Of a stretch of 64,000 nucleotides of DNA, positions 30,970 through 44,601 are shown one piece after another (within the stretch, counting starts at the first letter, position 1; every line of letters starts with the position of its first letter). Under the pieces are notes generated by a model. That model made no database searches, was not told where the DNA came from, and saw nothing but the letters and a program-made list of their open reading frames with translations. This DNA comes from Eledone cirrhosa (taxonomy: Eukaryota). The DNA is taken from contig OZ024761.1 in the NCBI GenBank assembly GCA_964016885.1, positions 15,996,001 to 16,060,000 on the forward strand, written 5' to 3'. The translations under genes and the position numbers were made by a program.

Positions 30970-31959
30970 CATACACACACACACACGTTCATAAGATACA
31001 CAATTCTGTGATGAAACTGTTTCGTGAAGACAACGGTTAATATTTTAACTATAATATGTATAATAATGATTATATTTTATATTATCTTTTGAAATCTATC
31101 AAATTTTGTCTATTTACCTATCTGACTACCTGTTTACCTGTCTGTCCTCCTATTTATTTCTGTCTATCCACCCTCCATCTATCTATCTCTCTCTTTCTCT
31201 TTATAGCTATGTATCCATCCATCTATCTATCTATCTATCCATCTATTTACTTACCTTTGTATTTGTCCCCTACTTTTGTGCCCCTGTGGCTAATAAAGAA
31301 ACATATCTATTTACCTACCTACCTATCTATCTACCTACCTAATTTATCTATCTATCTACCTACCTATCTACATATCTATCTATCTACCTACCTACTACCT
31401 ACCTAATCTATCCATCTATCTATCTATCTATCTATTCTATCGATTGACCAACCTAGCTACCTATCTACCTACCTATTTATTTATCTATCTATCTATCCAT
31501 CTATTTATTTCCTTATCTATCTAAATACTTACCTATGTACCTAGCTATCTGTCTACAGAGTGATCCAATCCCACCCCACTGTTTAAAAAAAAAGGGGGGG
31601 GGGGTCCTGTGTCACATGCTCAAAAATCAATATCATCTCGGTTCTTTCACCTTGATAAATAATACTTTTTGTGGGAGGAAATGAATGCTTGAATGCTATT
31701 CACAACTTCCTGTATATTGTAGCATCTATGCTTTCACAGCCCTTAATCACTCTATCCTCCACTTCCCCACCTCCAAGTGCTCACTCTTTATAGGTATGGC
31801 TGTGGGGTTAAGAAGTTTGTCTCACAGCCATGTAGTTGCAAGTTCAGTCCGACTGTGTGGTAGCAACAAGAACAAGTATCTACTGCAATAGCCTCAAGTT
31901 GAACAAAGCCTTGTCAGTGGAATTTAGAAGACAGAAACTGTCCAGATGATCAGTATATA

Positions 31960-32306
31960 CAGTGATAGCTCGCAGTATGAGTTGAATTCATTCCATGACC
32001 GAGCTCGTTTTACAAATCAATTTTCCCCATTGAAATTAATTGAAATATACATAATCCGTTCCAGCCCCCAAAAAACATTTTTTATTGGTTTTAAAATAGA
32101 AAAGGTGCAGTTACAAGGAAAATGATAATTATAAAAACATAATATAAGACAATGCAAAAGAAATATGTAAACTTGTTTTATTAATTTTATGAAACTTGCT
32201 CGTACTGCGGATTTCCACTCCTACTGCAAGACAAAAATGTGCACGAGCCTCGGCTCGTACAGCGAATTACTCGCACAAGGGACACTTGTACTGCGAGGTT
32301 CTACTG
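31960..32306. mobile_element. Tigger/pogo-like MITE
   Basis: TIRs CAGTGATAGCTCGCAGTA / TACTGCGAGGTTCTACTG with TA on the left flank. Confidence 0.75.
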
Positions 32307-32781
32307 TGTATATATATATATTGTTATACTTGGGGAGGGTCATGTTGCCAATAAAAACACACGCATTTGTTGGTTTTTATTGGCAACATGACCCTCCCAA
32401 AAGTATAACAATATCTGTTTCAACACACGTTTTCAGATAATTATATATATATATATATATAGAAATCACATGAATCAAAGTTCTGTTGAAACCATTTACT
32501 AGCTTACAAGTGTTTCGTCCAAACCGAGGTAGAACAACTGATGTTATTACATTGAGCTATTTATCTTACTGGTAATAAGGTAGTAATAAATTACTGTCTT
32601 TCACTGTTTAGGGTTTAAAATATATATAACTATAACAAGTTTTAGTATATACATAACCATAAATAACATCCTTAATACTATATTTATATATATATATATA
32701 TATATTTAGGGATTGAACGTCCAGTTACTGTAGGTTCACCAGAGGGAGAACTTGATGTGTAGTTTCCAGTAAATATATTGG

Positions 32782-32973
32782 TCGCGATTGATCAGCTCAA
32801 GGTTCGATCTGTATTGATCTAGCCGGACTCTAGAATCAAAAGCTCGTCAGACTTGTGTTAAGGTAATGACATTACCATAACAGAAGTCTGACGAGCTTTT
32901 GATTTCGGAGTCAGGTCAGATCGATACAGATTGAACTTTGAGCTGATCAATTGTGAAACGCACATCACATCTC
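32782..32973. ncRNA. Palindrome (centre 32869) with head-to-head long-stem-II hammerheads (family C)
   Basis: CUGACGA at 32888, a roughly 60-nt stem II region, GAAA at 32955; the mirror arm is truncated at the GAAA; related copies at 26661(+), 37690(-) and 53907(-). Confidence 0.65.
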
Positions 32974-33914
32974 AATAAACATAATGAAGATCTAGCAGAT
33001 CATCCTTTTTATTATTATTATTACTCTCTACCTAGTCGGACACCATGCTTTGAAGCATAGAGTTACGTCCCTTTATGATCTGAGTTCAAATCCCGCTGAG
33101 GTTAACTTTGCCTTTCATCCTTACGGGGTCGATAAAATAAAGTACCAGTAATGCACTGGGTAATTACTGGCCTTGTGCCCAAAAGTAGAAACAATTATTA
33201 CTCTCTACTTAATACAACACCAATATACCTATTAGAAACTACACATTGAGTGCTCACTTTGGTGAACCTACAGTAACTGGACATTACAATCCTTAAAATA
33301 TATATTTATATATATTATCATCATCATCATCACCATTTTATGTCCATTCTTCCACACTAGCATGGGTTAGACGGGTTGTCCTGTTGTGGACAGTGCCCGG
33401 TCGGCTGACCTTGTCTTGCTCATACGGGAACTGATTTTGGCTCGATTTCTACAGCTGGATGCCTTTCCTAATACCAACTCATTTACAGTGTGGGCTGGGT
33501 GCTTTTTTGCTGTGGCACCTCCACAACCACTTTACAGTGGGAGGGGGCAGGGCATATTGCCTATATGCTTCAGCTTTGGCTTGTACCCATGGGAAGTCAG
33601 GTCTTCTGTATTACTGCATGACGCCAGAGGTCACGGTCCTGCGTCATCGCTTTTGAGAAGTCCAATTGGATAAGGTCGGCTTTTATCACCTCATCCCGGG
33701 TATTCTTGGGTCTCCCCATTTCACAGCATGCAATCGAAAGTCAGCATACAGGCGTTTTAATGAAAAGACAATTTAACCTAATAAGAAGTGTTTTGAAGAT
33801 CCAGAAAGGAGAAAGCAAGCTTCGCTAACATCAATTTTTTTTACATGCTATAAAGATCCTTTTTATATATATATACCATGTGTGCTTTTCGTTGGTCATT
33901 CAATGTGTGTCACT

Positions 33915-34335
33915 CCGTGATGGTCACCCAGGTTAGTCACTCAGTGATGGTCACTCAATGCTGGTTAATTCATACTGGTCACTAGATCCATGATGGTCAC
34001 TACATGCTGGTCACTCATGATGGTCACTCAATGATGGTCACTTCATAATGGTCACTCAATGGTGGTCACTCCAGGTTGGTCACTCAATAATGGTCACTCC
34101 AGGTTGGTCACTCCATGTTGGTCACTTCATGTTGGTCAATGCATGATGGTTACTCAATGGTTGTCACTCCAGGTTGGTCACTCAATGATGGTCACTCCAT
34201 GTTGATCACTTCATGTTAGTCATTCCATGATGGTCACTGCATGATGGTCACCCATGATGGTCATTCCATGGTGGTCATTTCATGCTGATCACTTCATGAT
34301 GGCCACTCCAGGCTGGTCACCCAAACCGGTCACTC
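33915..34335. repeat. Degenerate minisatellite, unit of about 14 bp (ATGATGGTCACTCC)
   Basis: Recurrent TGGTCAC core at roughly 14-bp spacing. Confidence 0.8.
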
Positions 34336-34981
34336 CAACGCAAACTTCCAACCATTCAGCATGTTGTAACCCCACCCCCACCCTCTCTATTTCACTCCAT
34401 TCCACTTCCCACGCTTCACCTCTCTCACCTCACCGCCATTTACAACAATCATGTCCTCGTTAAGTGTACTAATTTACTCATCAGAAACGTTAAAACGTAA
34501 TTATACCTGTTAACACGCTAATTAGATATTACTAAAACTCTAAACAAAAACTGACAAGTATAATTACCCTCACCCCACGCACCATCTTCCTCCCTCTCCC
34601 CTCCAAAAACGATTTGTGTATATGTGTAGATATGTGTTTGTGGGTTTGTGTTTGTTTGAGTATGTGTGAGTGTGTGTATGTATGTTTATGCTTGTGTTGG
34701 AGTGTGTTTGTGAATACTATCAGTTTGTTGACTTTATAAATAACTCTATCTCCCTCTCTCTATATATTTATACATATAAATATATATACACCCATTCATA
34801 TATATATATATATTTATACATATATATGCACACACAAACACACATTCATATATATATAAATATATATATATCCTATATCTATATAAATATATATAAAAAG
34901 TATATCATACAACGCCAGTATCAACAGTTTTCCAAGAGATGGGAACATACCCAACAGCTGAGTTCTTGCCATTTCAACAGC

Positions 34982-35017
<36 letters not shown>

Positions 35018-35750
35018 GTGATGATGCTGGTGATACAACAAAAGCACCCAGTCCACCCTGTAGGCTGGTGTCATGATAAAAGAGCAACAAGGTCTCCCTG
35101 AAAGGTCGTCATGCTGGAGACATGACAAACAAGCCCTCAGTCCACTCTGAAAGGTGGTCATGTTGGTGTCATGATAGAATGCATCAAATCTGCTCTGTAA
35201 GGTGGTTATGTTGGTGACATAACAAAAGCACACAGTCCACTCTGTAGATTGGTTGTAGTAGCAACACAACAATAAACACACAGATTACCCTGTAAAGGGG
35301 TTATGTTGGTGCCAGCCACAACAGAAAGTGCCGAGACCATACTTTAAAGTGGTACTGTCAGTGTCACAACAAAAAATACCCATCCCACACTGTAAATGTG
35401 GTTGGAGTTAGGAAGAAAATCGAGCTGTAGAAACCAAGCCAGAAACAGCTCTGAATGAACAAAACACAATCATCTGATCCAACTTTTCTCACAAACGTCA
35501 AGAAAACTCGTCTAACCCGTGCTAGCCTAGAAAAATGGACATTAAACAATGATGATGATATAAAACTCAAGTTGGAAGTAACTATATAGAGGATGTAAAG
35601 TGTTGTTTTTAACACAGACAAACAAATTAAGAACTTCTATCTGTTATCTTAATTCCCGTTCTTTGCCAGGGAACGTTTCCACGAACCAAAGTATCGTCTT
35701 CCTGTCTTCCTCCGGTTGCAACGTTTTTTGAAATATTCACTTCTGCGTTT

Positions 35751-35826
35751 ACAGATTGACTTTGTTAGTTTCAGAAGATCCCGTTAAGGGTGAAAGCAGC
35801 AATTCTTTGCTTAAACTTTAATCTGT
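35751..35826 (+). ncRNA. Decayed family B hammerhead (core CAGAAGA)
   Basis: Same stems as the 2969-3019 copy plus an extended stem I (ACAGAUUGA/UUAAUCUGU); one core mutation. Confidence 0.5.
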
Positions 35827-36097
35827 TATTTTAATAAATATATATATATATATATATATACTTTTTACCTGTTCCAGCCATCCGGCTGAGGCCATGCTGG
35901 GGCATTGCCCTTGTTGCTATACATTCTATCTCCAGCCTGTGTTGGCTGGCCATTGGTGTAAGAGGGAGTTTGTTGCTGCTGCCCTTAGGTTACCTTCGTA
36001 CCGTGCTGTGGGCTCATCCGGGATCCTGGATAGCAGGGTGTTAAGATGTTTCTTGAAAACATCCACGTCCACACCATGCAGATCTCTCAAATTTATA

Positions 36098-36128
<31 letters not shown>

Positions 36129-36349
36129 CCCTTTAGCATTTAAACCGGCTGTATTCAATCAGAACTCTCTCACCTCTTTCTGTTCAAACCAGCCATAACT
36201 GGCCACTCATACTGATGTTAAGGTATTGTTCTCAAAATAAATAACATCAAAATCTCATTGATTTGATATTATATGAGATAATTATGTGAGGTAAAGCCTT
36301 TGCGACAAAAATAAAATAGTATATATAGAGTAATGTAAATGCTAAAGGG
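36129..36349. mobile_element. piggyBac-like MITE
   Basis: Perfect 14-bp TIRs CCCTTTAGCATTTA / TAAATGCTAAAGGG; related ends with TTAA flanks near 38745 and 39810. Confidence 0.65.
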
Positions 36350-36398
36350 ATATATATATATATATATAAGAGTTAAACAAGATTCAATGAATACATCA

Positions 36399-36463
36399 AT
36401 TTTATCTGATGAGGATGTGCTGTTGAACTTAATTCAGTACCTCTGAAATATGTATAATAAAAT
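36399..36463 (+). ncRNA. Minimal type I hammerhead ribozyme (family A)
   Basis: AUUUUAU-CUGAUGA-GGAUGUGCUG...CAGUACCUCU-GAAA-UAUGUA-UA-AUAAAAU; downstream tail shared with 18587-18625. Confidence 0.75.
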
Positions 36464-36509
36464 ATAATTGATCACAAGAATATCTATTTTGTTAATAATA
36501 TTTTGAATT

Positions 36510-36595
<86 letters not shown>

Positions 36596-36599
<4 letters not shown>

Positions 36600-36936
36600 C
36601 ATGGCTGAGTGGTTAGAGCATTGGCCTTGCAATCGAAAAGTTGTGAGTTCAATTCTCAGACCGAGTGATGTGTTGTTTCCTTGAGCAAGACACTTTATTT
36701 CACATTGCTCCAGTTTACTCAGCTGTAGAAATGAGATGATAGGACTGGGGTACCTATCATTCCACTGTAACGTGGTCGTGGAGGTGCCATGGCAAAAAAA
36801 GCACCCACCACTCACTGTAAATGTGGTTGGTGTTAGGAAGGGCATCCAGCTGTAAAAATCAAGCCAGAATCAGTTCCCGTCCCACCCTTGCAAGCAGGGA
36901 AAAGCAGACGTAAAATGATGATGATGATGATGATGA
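36596..36936 (+). mobile_element. Full-length tRNA-derived CORE-SINE
   Basis: A and B boxes, CORE segment, RTE tail with (GAT)n. Confidence 0.85.
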
Positions 36937-37086
36937 TATATATATACACACATATATATTGTTTGTACTCCCATAATTAGAGTTTTTTCTCACTTAATTT
37001 TAATATATGATATTGCTTCTCTGAGAGATTTCTCTCATTGAGATGTTTAAGTATTAGAAACTAATTAAACTTTAATTAATATATAT

Positions 37087-37429
37087 AATCATCATCATCA
37101 TCATCATTTTACGTCTGCTTTTCCCTGCTTGCAAGGGTGGGACAGGAACTGATTCTGGCTTGATTTCTACAGCTGGATGCCCTTCCTAACACCAACCTCA
37201 TTTACAGTGAGTGCTGGGTGCTTTTTTGCCGTGGCACCTCCACGACCACTTTACAGTGGAATGATAGGGACCCCAGTCCCTATCATCTCATTTCTACAGC
37301 TGAGTAAACTGGAGCATTGTGAAATAAAGTGTCTTGCTCAAAGAAACAGCACATCACCTAGTCTGAGAATTGAACTCACAACCTTTCGATTGCAAGGCCA
37401 ATGTTCTAACCACTAAGCCATGTGCCTCC
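37087..37429 (-). mobile_element. Full-length tRNA-derived CORE-SINE
   Basis: Inverted copy about 150 bp from the previous one. Confidence 0.85.
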
Positions 37430-37945
37430 ATAATATATATATATATTAAAGCAACAAGTTACTCTGTTGCTTTACAAGCATTGAAAGAACCCTCTCCCAG
37501 TTTCCTTCCTTCTGCTTAGAAAAGTATTGTCAGAGTAGGCCCATTCAGCCTTATCAATCTTGCCATTCACCTATCTTTCAAATCTGGGCTCAATACCATT
37601 AACTCATTGGGTGATTTATATATATATATATATGTATATATAGTATAAGAAAAAAGGAACAAAGAATCAGTGTTGCATCATAATATATTACATATGTTTC
37701 ACTGTTGATCAGCTCGAGGAACGATATATTATTGATTGAACCTGACTCTGGAATCGAAAGATCCTCAAATATGCCTCAATATGTAAGCACCTATACACCT
37801 ATATATATATAATGAGTTATATGATTTGTTGATTATTCAACAAAGTTAATTTTACAACAGATTAGAAGCACTCTACAAATTTATCTTGAGTATCATTAAT
37901 ATTAACAATATTAATAAATGGAAAATATCTTTACAAAACCTTATT

Positions 37946-38006
37946 TATTTTATTATACGTATTTCAAGGGTAATATCATTTTAGTACACTTTCGTCAGAT
38001 AAAATA
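37946..38006 (-). ncRNA. Minimal type I hammerhead ribozyme (family A)
   Basis: Minus strand: UAUUUUAU-CUGACGA-AAGUGUA...UACCCUU-GAAA-UACGUA-UA-AUAAAAUA; perfectly palindromic stem III AUACGUAU. Confidence 0.75.
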
Positions 38007-39894
38007 TAATATTTGGTGTTAAGATAGTAACATACCTTTATGTGATCTTAATGGTATAAACCCACTGAAGACAGACACACAAACATTTCTGATGTGAAGA
38101 TATAGACAACAAACAATTAAGGGAGTCATAGGGATGCCATATCTCAATATGATGTTTCTAGGGTATTTTTAAACCTGGCAGGGCCCATCTCTTCTCCAGG
38201 TCTGAATACAGCTAATTGTTCCCGAGAAAGATAGATAGTGAGTGAGAAAGAAATGTAGTGGAAGAATCAACCTCAGTATTAGACTGATATTTTTTTATCG
38301 ACCTCAACTGGGTGAAAAGCAAAGTTGTCCTGTGTGATTTGAACTCAGAGAGCAGAAATTCAGAATGAATACAGCAAAGCATTCTATCCAACATTCTAAT
38401 GACTGCCAATTTGACACTAATATATAGTCAATCTATTTTACTCATTCTTCGTTGTTGGTGTCTCTCTTCCCTTGATGCTACTACATTCTATATTACATAT
38501 CAAAACACACATCATGCTTACGTTGTAATATCGTGGAAGTAACGAAAAATGTCATACAGTTTTTGGAGAGAAGATAAAAATCCTTCCTCTACCTCCCCGC
38601 CATAAAAGAACGATTACCTTCAGACAAATTCACTATAAGTATGTTCTTATTTTGCTTAATGATTAAATATGTCAATAGATATGGCTAAATAAAAGTTGGG
38701 ATATCCATGGCAGGAATAACCTTGATCATAGGTTTCTGATTGATTAACCCTTTAGCATTCACATTACTCTATATTTACTATTGTATATTCACGGTAAAAG
38801 CTTTACCTCACATAATTATCTCGTAAATCCTGAAGGATTTACGAGCCAAGCACAATAAGCTTTATTACTTGTTCCTTCTACCTGGAGTAGCGACCGATAG
38901 ATATTAGCAATTGGAAAGACCAATGGTAACATTATTTCCTCGGTCCAATTTGATGAATGTCGATCGACTGTCGATACGTGCACACGACAACACATACCTG
39001 CAGGCATATATACATGGTGGCTGCCAACTCGTTTTCGAGTACTGCCACTACTTTATATCCATGTAGGAGAACCCCTACCGATGCGCTGAACGAGTGTGAC
39101 TTTTTAGTCCAGCCAGCAACTTGAAAACTCTGGTACAAACACTACACTTGTGACAATTATTGACACATAGTGCTGGGCCCATGGTACCATGTGATGACAA
39201 GTGCAGAGAGATCTCCAGATATAAAGCAATGCCTGTGCCGTGAAGCTGTTATAGTGAGCAAAGCCACTGCACAAAGCCAGTCCCACTCTCTTAACCAAGA
39301 TGATATTTACCAAAAAGAAGAACAAGTCAACATCATTAGATACCATCAGGGTTGCAGGTGTTATATCAGAGTTTTCCGTCTCCTAGAATTCTGCCTTGAC
39401 AAAGGCTAAGGGGTCATCTCTCCCGGTGATTTTGGATGGCCATTGACTCTTAAGAGCTCCTTTGCCCTTTGACAGGTTTTGTTTTTAGTCATGCAGGATG
39501 TCCAAAGCCACCCTCCTCACCAAGAAACCTTGGTGGGGTTGCCAGTTTAGTCGCCAACGACCCAACCATGAGACAGGTTGTACTGGGATACATGTTACCA
39601 GTAGCACCAACTGGTGACCTGACATATACATACATACGTACATACATACATAAATACATACATGCACACATTATCTCACATAATATCGAATCTATGAGAT
39701 TTTGATATTATTTATTTTGATAACAATACCTTAACATCAGTATGAGCAGCTGGTTACAGCTGGTTTGAACAGAAAGAGGTGAGAGAATTCTGGCTGGATA
39801 TGGTCGGTTTAAATGCTAAAGGATTAAGGCTGACCTGGGACTAAACAACAACAGTAGCAACAACTGTTGTTGCTAAAACTTTGGCTGAAACTAC

Positions 39895-40927
39895 ACTTGT
39901 GTTGCTGCTGCTGTTGTTGCTGCTGCTGCTGTTGTTGCTGTTACTGTTGCTGCTGCTGCTGTTGTTGCTGTTACTGTTGCTGCTGCTGCTGTTGTTTCTG
40001 TTACTGCTGCTGCTGTTGTTTCTGTTACTGCTGCTGCAGCTGCTGTTGTTTCTGTTACTGCTGCTGCAGCTGTTGTTGTTTCTGTTACTGCTGCTGCTGT
40101 TGTTTCTGTTACTGTTGCTGCTACTGCTGTTATTGCTGTTGTTACTGCTGCTGCTGTAGCTGTTGCTGCTGCTGTTGTTGCTGCTGCTGCTGTTGTTGCT
40201 GCTGCAGTTGCTCATATTGCTGTTGCTGCTACTGCTGTTGTTGATACTGATGCTCCTGTTGCTGCTGCTGCTGTTGTTGCTGCTGCTGCAGTTGCTGGTG
40301 TTGCTATTGTTGCTGCAGATGCTGCTGTTGTTGATACTGATGCTCCTGTTGCTGCTGCTGTTGTTGCTGCTGCTGCAGTTGCTGGTGTTGCTGCAGATGC
40401 TGCTGTTGTTGATACTGGTGCTCCTGTTGCTGCTGCTGCTGTTGTTGCTGCTGCTGCAGTTGCTGGTGTTGCTATTGTTGCTGCAGATGCTGCTGCTGTT
40501 GATACTGATGCTCCTGTTGCTGCTGCTGCAGTTGCTGATGTTGCTATTGTTGCTGCAGATGCTGCTGTTGTTGATACTGATGCTCCTGTTGCTGCTGCTG
40601 TTGTTGTTGCTGCTGCAGTTGCTGGTGTTGCTATTGTTGCTGCAGATGCTGCTGTTGTTGATACTGATGCTCCTGTTGCTGCTGCTGTTGTTGCTGCTGC
40701 TGCAGTTGCTGGTGTTGCTATTGTTGCTGCAGATGCTGCTGTTGCTGCTACTGCTGTTGTTGCTACTGATGCTCCTGTTGCTGCTGCTCTATTGCTGTTG
40801 CTGCTGCTGCTGCAGTTGCTGATGTTGCTCTTGCTGTTGCTATTGTTGCTGCAGATGCTGCTGTTGCTGCTACTGCTGTTGTTGCTGCAGATGATATTGT
40901 TGTCATTGCTCCTGTTGCGATTGTTGT

Positions 40928-40959
<32 letters not shown>

Positions 40960-41180
40960 CTGTCATTGCTACTGTTGGTGTAATTGTTGCTGCTGCAGCT
41001 GCTGTTGGTGTAATTGTTGCTGCTGCAGCTGCTTTTGGTGTAATTGTTGCTGCTGCAGCTGCCGTTGGTGTAATTGTTGCTGCTGCAGCTGCTGTTGGTG
41101 TAATTATTGCTGCTGCAGCAGCTGCTGTTGGTGTAATTGTTGCTGCTGCAGCTGCTGTTGCTGGTGTTCCAGCTGTTGCA
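39895..41180. repeat. Compound (CTG/TTG)n trinucleotide array with higher-order units
   Basis: Direct inspection; source of the poly-L/C/S ORFs. Confidence 0.9.
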
Positions 41181-41326
41181 GCTTTTAGTGTTTGCTTATT
41201 TTTATGTTATTATTATTATTATTTTTTTACTCTAACTTCTGCTGCAGTTGTTGTTGTTGTTGTTGTTCTTCTTCTTCTTCTTCTTCTTCTTCTTCTTCTT
41301 CTTCTTCTTCTTCTTCTCTTTCTTCT

Positions 41327-41358
<32 letters not shown>

Positions 41359-41434
41359 TTCTTCTTCTTCTTTTTCTTCTTCTCTATCTTCTTCTTGGGC
41401 AAAGAAAAAAGGCAAGATAGTGTGTGAGAGATAG

Positions 41435-41510
<76 letters not shown>

Positions 41511-41600
41511 GGATAGAGAGAGGGCAAGATAGAGAAAAGGGAAGATAGCGAGAGAGGAGGATAGGGAGCAAGGAAGATAGAGTAAACTAGAGAGTAGATG

Positions 41601-41641
<41 letters not shown>

Positions 41642-41645
41642 GTTT

Positions 41646-41708
<63 letters not shown>

Positions 41709-41777
41709 TGTTTCTATTGGGTGAATGGGTGGGGGATGACAGCTTTAAGTTCAATGTCCTGAATGGTCTTCTTGACA

Positions 41778-42960
41778 TGGTGGTGGTGGTGGTGGTGGTG
41801 GGTGTAGTGGTGGTGGTGGTGGTGGGTGAAGTGGTGGTGGTGGTGGTGGGTGTAGTGGTGGTGGTGGTGGTGGGTGTAGTGGTGGTGGTGGTGGGTGTAG
41901 TGGTGGTGGTGGTGGTGGTGGTGGTGGTGGTGGTAGTGGTGGTGGTGGTGGTGGTGGTGGTGGGTGTAGTTGTGGTGGTGGTGGTGGTGGGTGTAGTGGT
42001 GGTGGTGGTGGTGGGTGTAGTGGTGGTGGTGGTGGTGGTGGTGGTGGTGGTGGGTGTAGTGGTGGTGGTGGTGGTGGGTGTAGTGGTGGTGGTGGTGGGT
42101 GTAGTGGTGGTGGTGGTGGTGGTGGTGGGTGTAGTGGTGGTGGTGGTGGTGGTGGGTGTAGTGGTGGTGGTGGTGGTGGGTGTAGTGGTGGTGGTGGTGG
42201 TGGTGGGTGTAGTGGTGGTGGTGGTGGTGGGTGTAGTGGTGGTGGTGGTGGTGGTGGTGGTGGTGGTGGGTGTAGTGGTGGTGGTGGTGGTGGTGGGTGT
42301 AGTGGTGGTGGTGGTGGGTGTAGTGGTGGTGGTGGTGGGTGTAGTGGTGGTGGTGGTGGTGGGTGTAGTGGTGGTGGTGGTGGTGGTGGTGGTGGTGGGT
42401 GTAGTGGTGGTGGTGGTGGGTGTAGTGGTGGTGGTGGTGGGTGTAGTGGTGGTGGTGGTGGGTGTAGTGGTGGTGGTGGTAGTGGGTGTAGTAGTGGGTG
42501 TGGTGGTGGTGGGTGTAGTGGTGGTAGTGGTGGTGGTGGTGGGTGTAGTGGTGGGTGTAGTGGTGGTGGTGGTGGTGGTGGGTGTAGTGGTGATGGTGGT
42601 AGTGGGTGTAGTGGTGGTGGGTGTAGTGGTGGTGGTGGTGGTGGGTGTAGTGGTGGTGGTGGTGGCGGGTGTAATGATGGTGGTGGTGGTGGTGGGTGTA
42701 GTGGGGGGGGGGGGTGTAGTGGTAGTGGTGATGTGGTGGTGGTGGTGGGTGTAGTGGTGGTGGTGTGGTGGTGGTGGTAACGGTGGTGGGTGTAGTGGTA
42801 GTGATGGTTGTGGCGGGTGTAGTGGTGGTGGCGGTGGTGGGTGTAGTGATGGTTGTGATGGGTGTAATGGTGGTGGGTGTAGTGGTGGTGGTGGTGGATG
42901 TAGTGGTGGTGGTGGGTGTAGTGGTGGTGGTGGGTATAGTGGTGATGGTGGTGGTGATAG
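41778..42960. repeat. (GGT)n array punctuated by GGGTGTAGT
   Basis: Direct inspection; source of the poly-V/T/P ORFs. Confidence 0.92.
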
Positions 42961-43081
42961 GGGAGTAGAGATGGTGGTGTGGTGGTGTAGTGTGTGACAG
43001 TTTGTGTGTGTGTGTGTGCGTGGCAATCTTTGTATATGTGTGGGGGGGGGATCATCATCATTATCATCATTATTACCTATT

Positions 43082-43322
43082 ATCATCATCATCAGCATCA
43101 TGATTTTACGTCTGCTTTCCCCTGCTTGCAAGGGTGGGACGGGTCCTATTCAGCACAGCATCTCTCCACTCGTCACGGTCCTTTGTCATCTCCTCCGTGA
43201 GCTTCAGTAATCTGAGCTCTCCTCTCACCACCTCCGCCCATGTATTTCGTGGCCTTCCTCTACTGCGTCTTCCTTCTACTGGAATTTCTTGGCACTTCTT
43301 TACTCAGCGGTCATCCTCCATG
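43082..43322 (-). mobile_element. RTE LINE 3' fragment
   Basis: Near-copy of 727-962 with a (GAT)n tail. Confidence 0.8.
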
Positions 43323-44601
43323 AGCATAATAATTTATATAAATAGTTTAATGATCCGGCAACCACAGTGACCTCCCCCATGATAATCAAAGACAGATCAT
43401 ACATCTGAAGAAGTTTTTTTTTTTTTTCACTCTCCGACGAAGCTTATTTGACTTTAATACAACATGCTTCTAGTCCAAGTGGCGCCCCCTTCATGTGGTG
43501 CCCAAGGCATGTGGTGCCCAAGGCATATGCCATGCTTGCCAAGCCCTAGTTATGTCTCTGCTCTACAGGTTATAATGAGTACAAGGCTGTTTTCGTGGCC
43601 CTAACACTACCACTTTACAGAGTGTACATGGTGCACTTGATTGAGATACAAGCACAAGAGAGGTTATCACATACTCATCCAGATTGAAAAACCTCCTAGC
43701 TGCTTTACAGCTTCCCTTGCTTCCAATTATTCTTTTGTTTTTCATATGCTTATTTTGCTTCACCTTGTCTTCTTATTTACATTTTTTATTTTATTTTATT
43801 CTATTTTTTATTATTATTATTATTTTTTTTTTTTTTTGTTTATATATTAACTTATCTCTGTATATACTCTTTTACTCTTTTACCTGTTCCAGCTATCCGG
43901 CTGAGGCCATGCTGGGGCACCGCCCTTGTTTTTTGTTTGTTTTTCAACTGCAAGAAATACTAAATATTTCCCATAGTCTTCCATGGCTTTCTAACTCTAT
44001 ACAGACATTTAAACTGATTAAATAAATGAATAAATGAATAAATGAATAAATGAATAAATAAATAAATAAATAAATAAATAAATGAATAAATATATAATGA
44101 AGAATTTCCTCAAACCCTCTCTTATCTTTGTATATCTTATTTTTTTTTTGTTTCTCAACTGTAAGAAGTACTAGATACTTCCCCTAGTGTGTCGTGGCTT
44201 ACTAGCTCTACACAGACTTTTAAATTGATTAAATAGATAAATAAATAAATAGATAAATAAATAAATAAATGAAGCGTCTTCTCAAACTCAATTTTCTCCG
44301 TTCAACCAGCAAACACTGTAGCCACCTGTCTCACTCCATGTTTACTTGCAGTTAGTGTCACAGAGCTTGTACTGGTGGAACTAATGCAGCCGTCCTCAAC
44401 CACCAGGCCACACATGGACCGGTTCTGGGCCGTAAACCTTTTGGTACTATACATAAGACCATAAGGAGCACACTTTGGGTGTCGCTGTCTCCCGTCACCC
44501 CTAGATGGGTCTGTCTATTCTAAGGCTCCACTCGGTCTCGAATGACCATGGTTTTGCACCTAGAAAGTTTCACTCTGAAGCACAAGCCTGGGCAAGGTTT
44601 G

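Noticed and set aside
36596-36670. tRNA-like sequences with A and B boxes (also 7857, 45965, 63860)
   Set aside because: SINE heads that continue into CORE sequence, with no complete acceptor stem or terminator
38810-39620. Unique-looking region with several short ORFs
   Set aside because: No recognisable domain or exon boundaries; the right part resembles a retroelement 5' UTR, but I cannot classify it
39841-43131. Poly-L, -C, -S, -V, -T and -P ORFs resembling mucins or extensins
   Set aside because: Trinucleotide-repeat DNA open in most frames, with no splice or domain context
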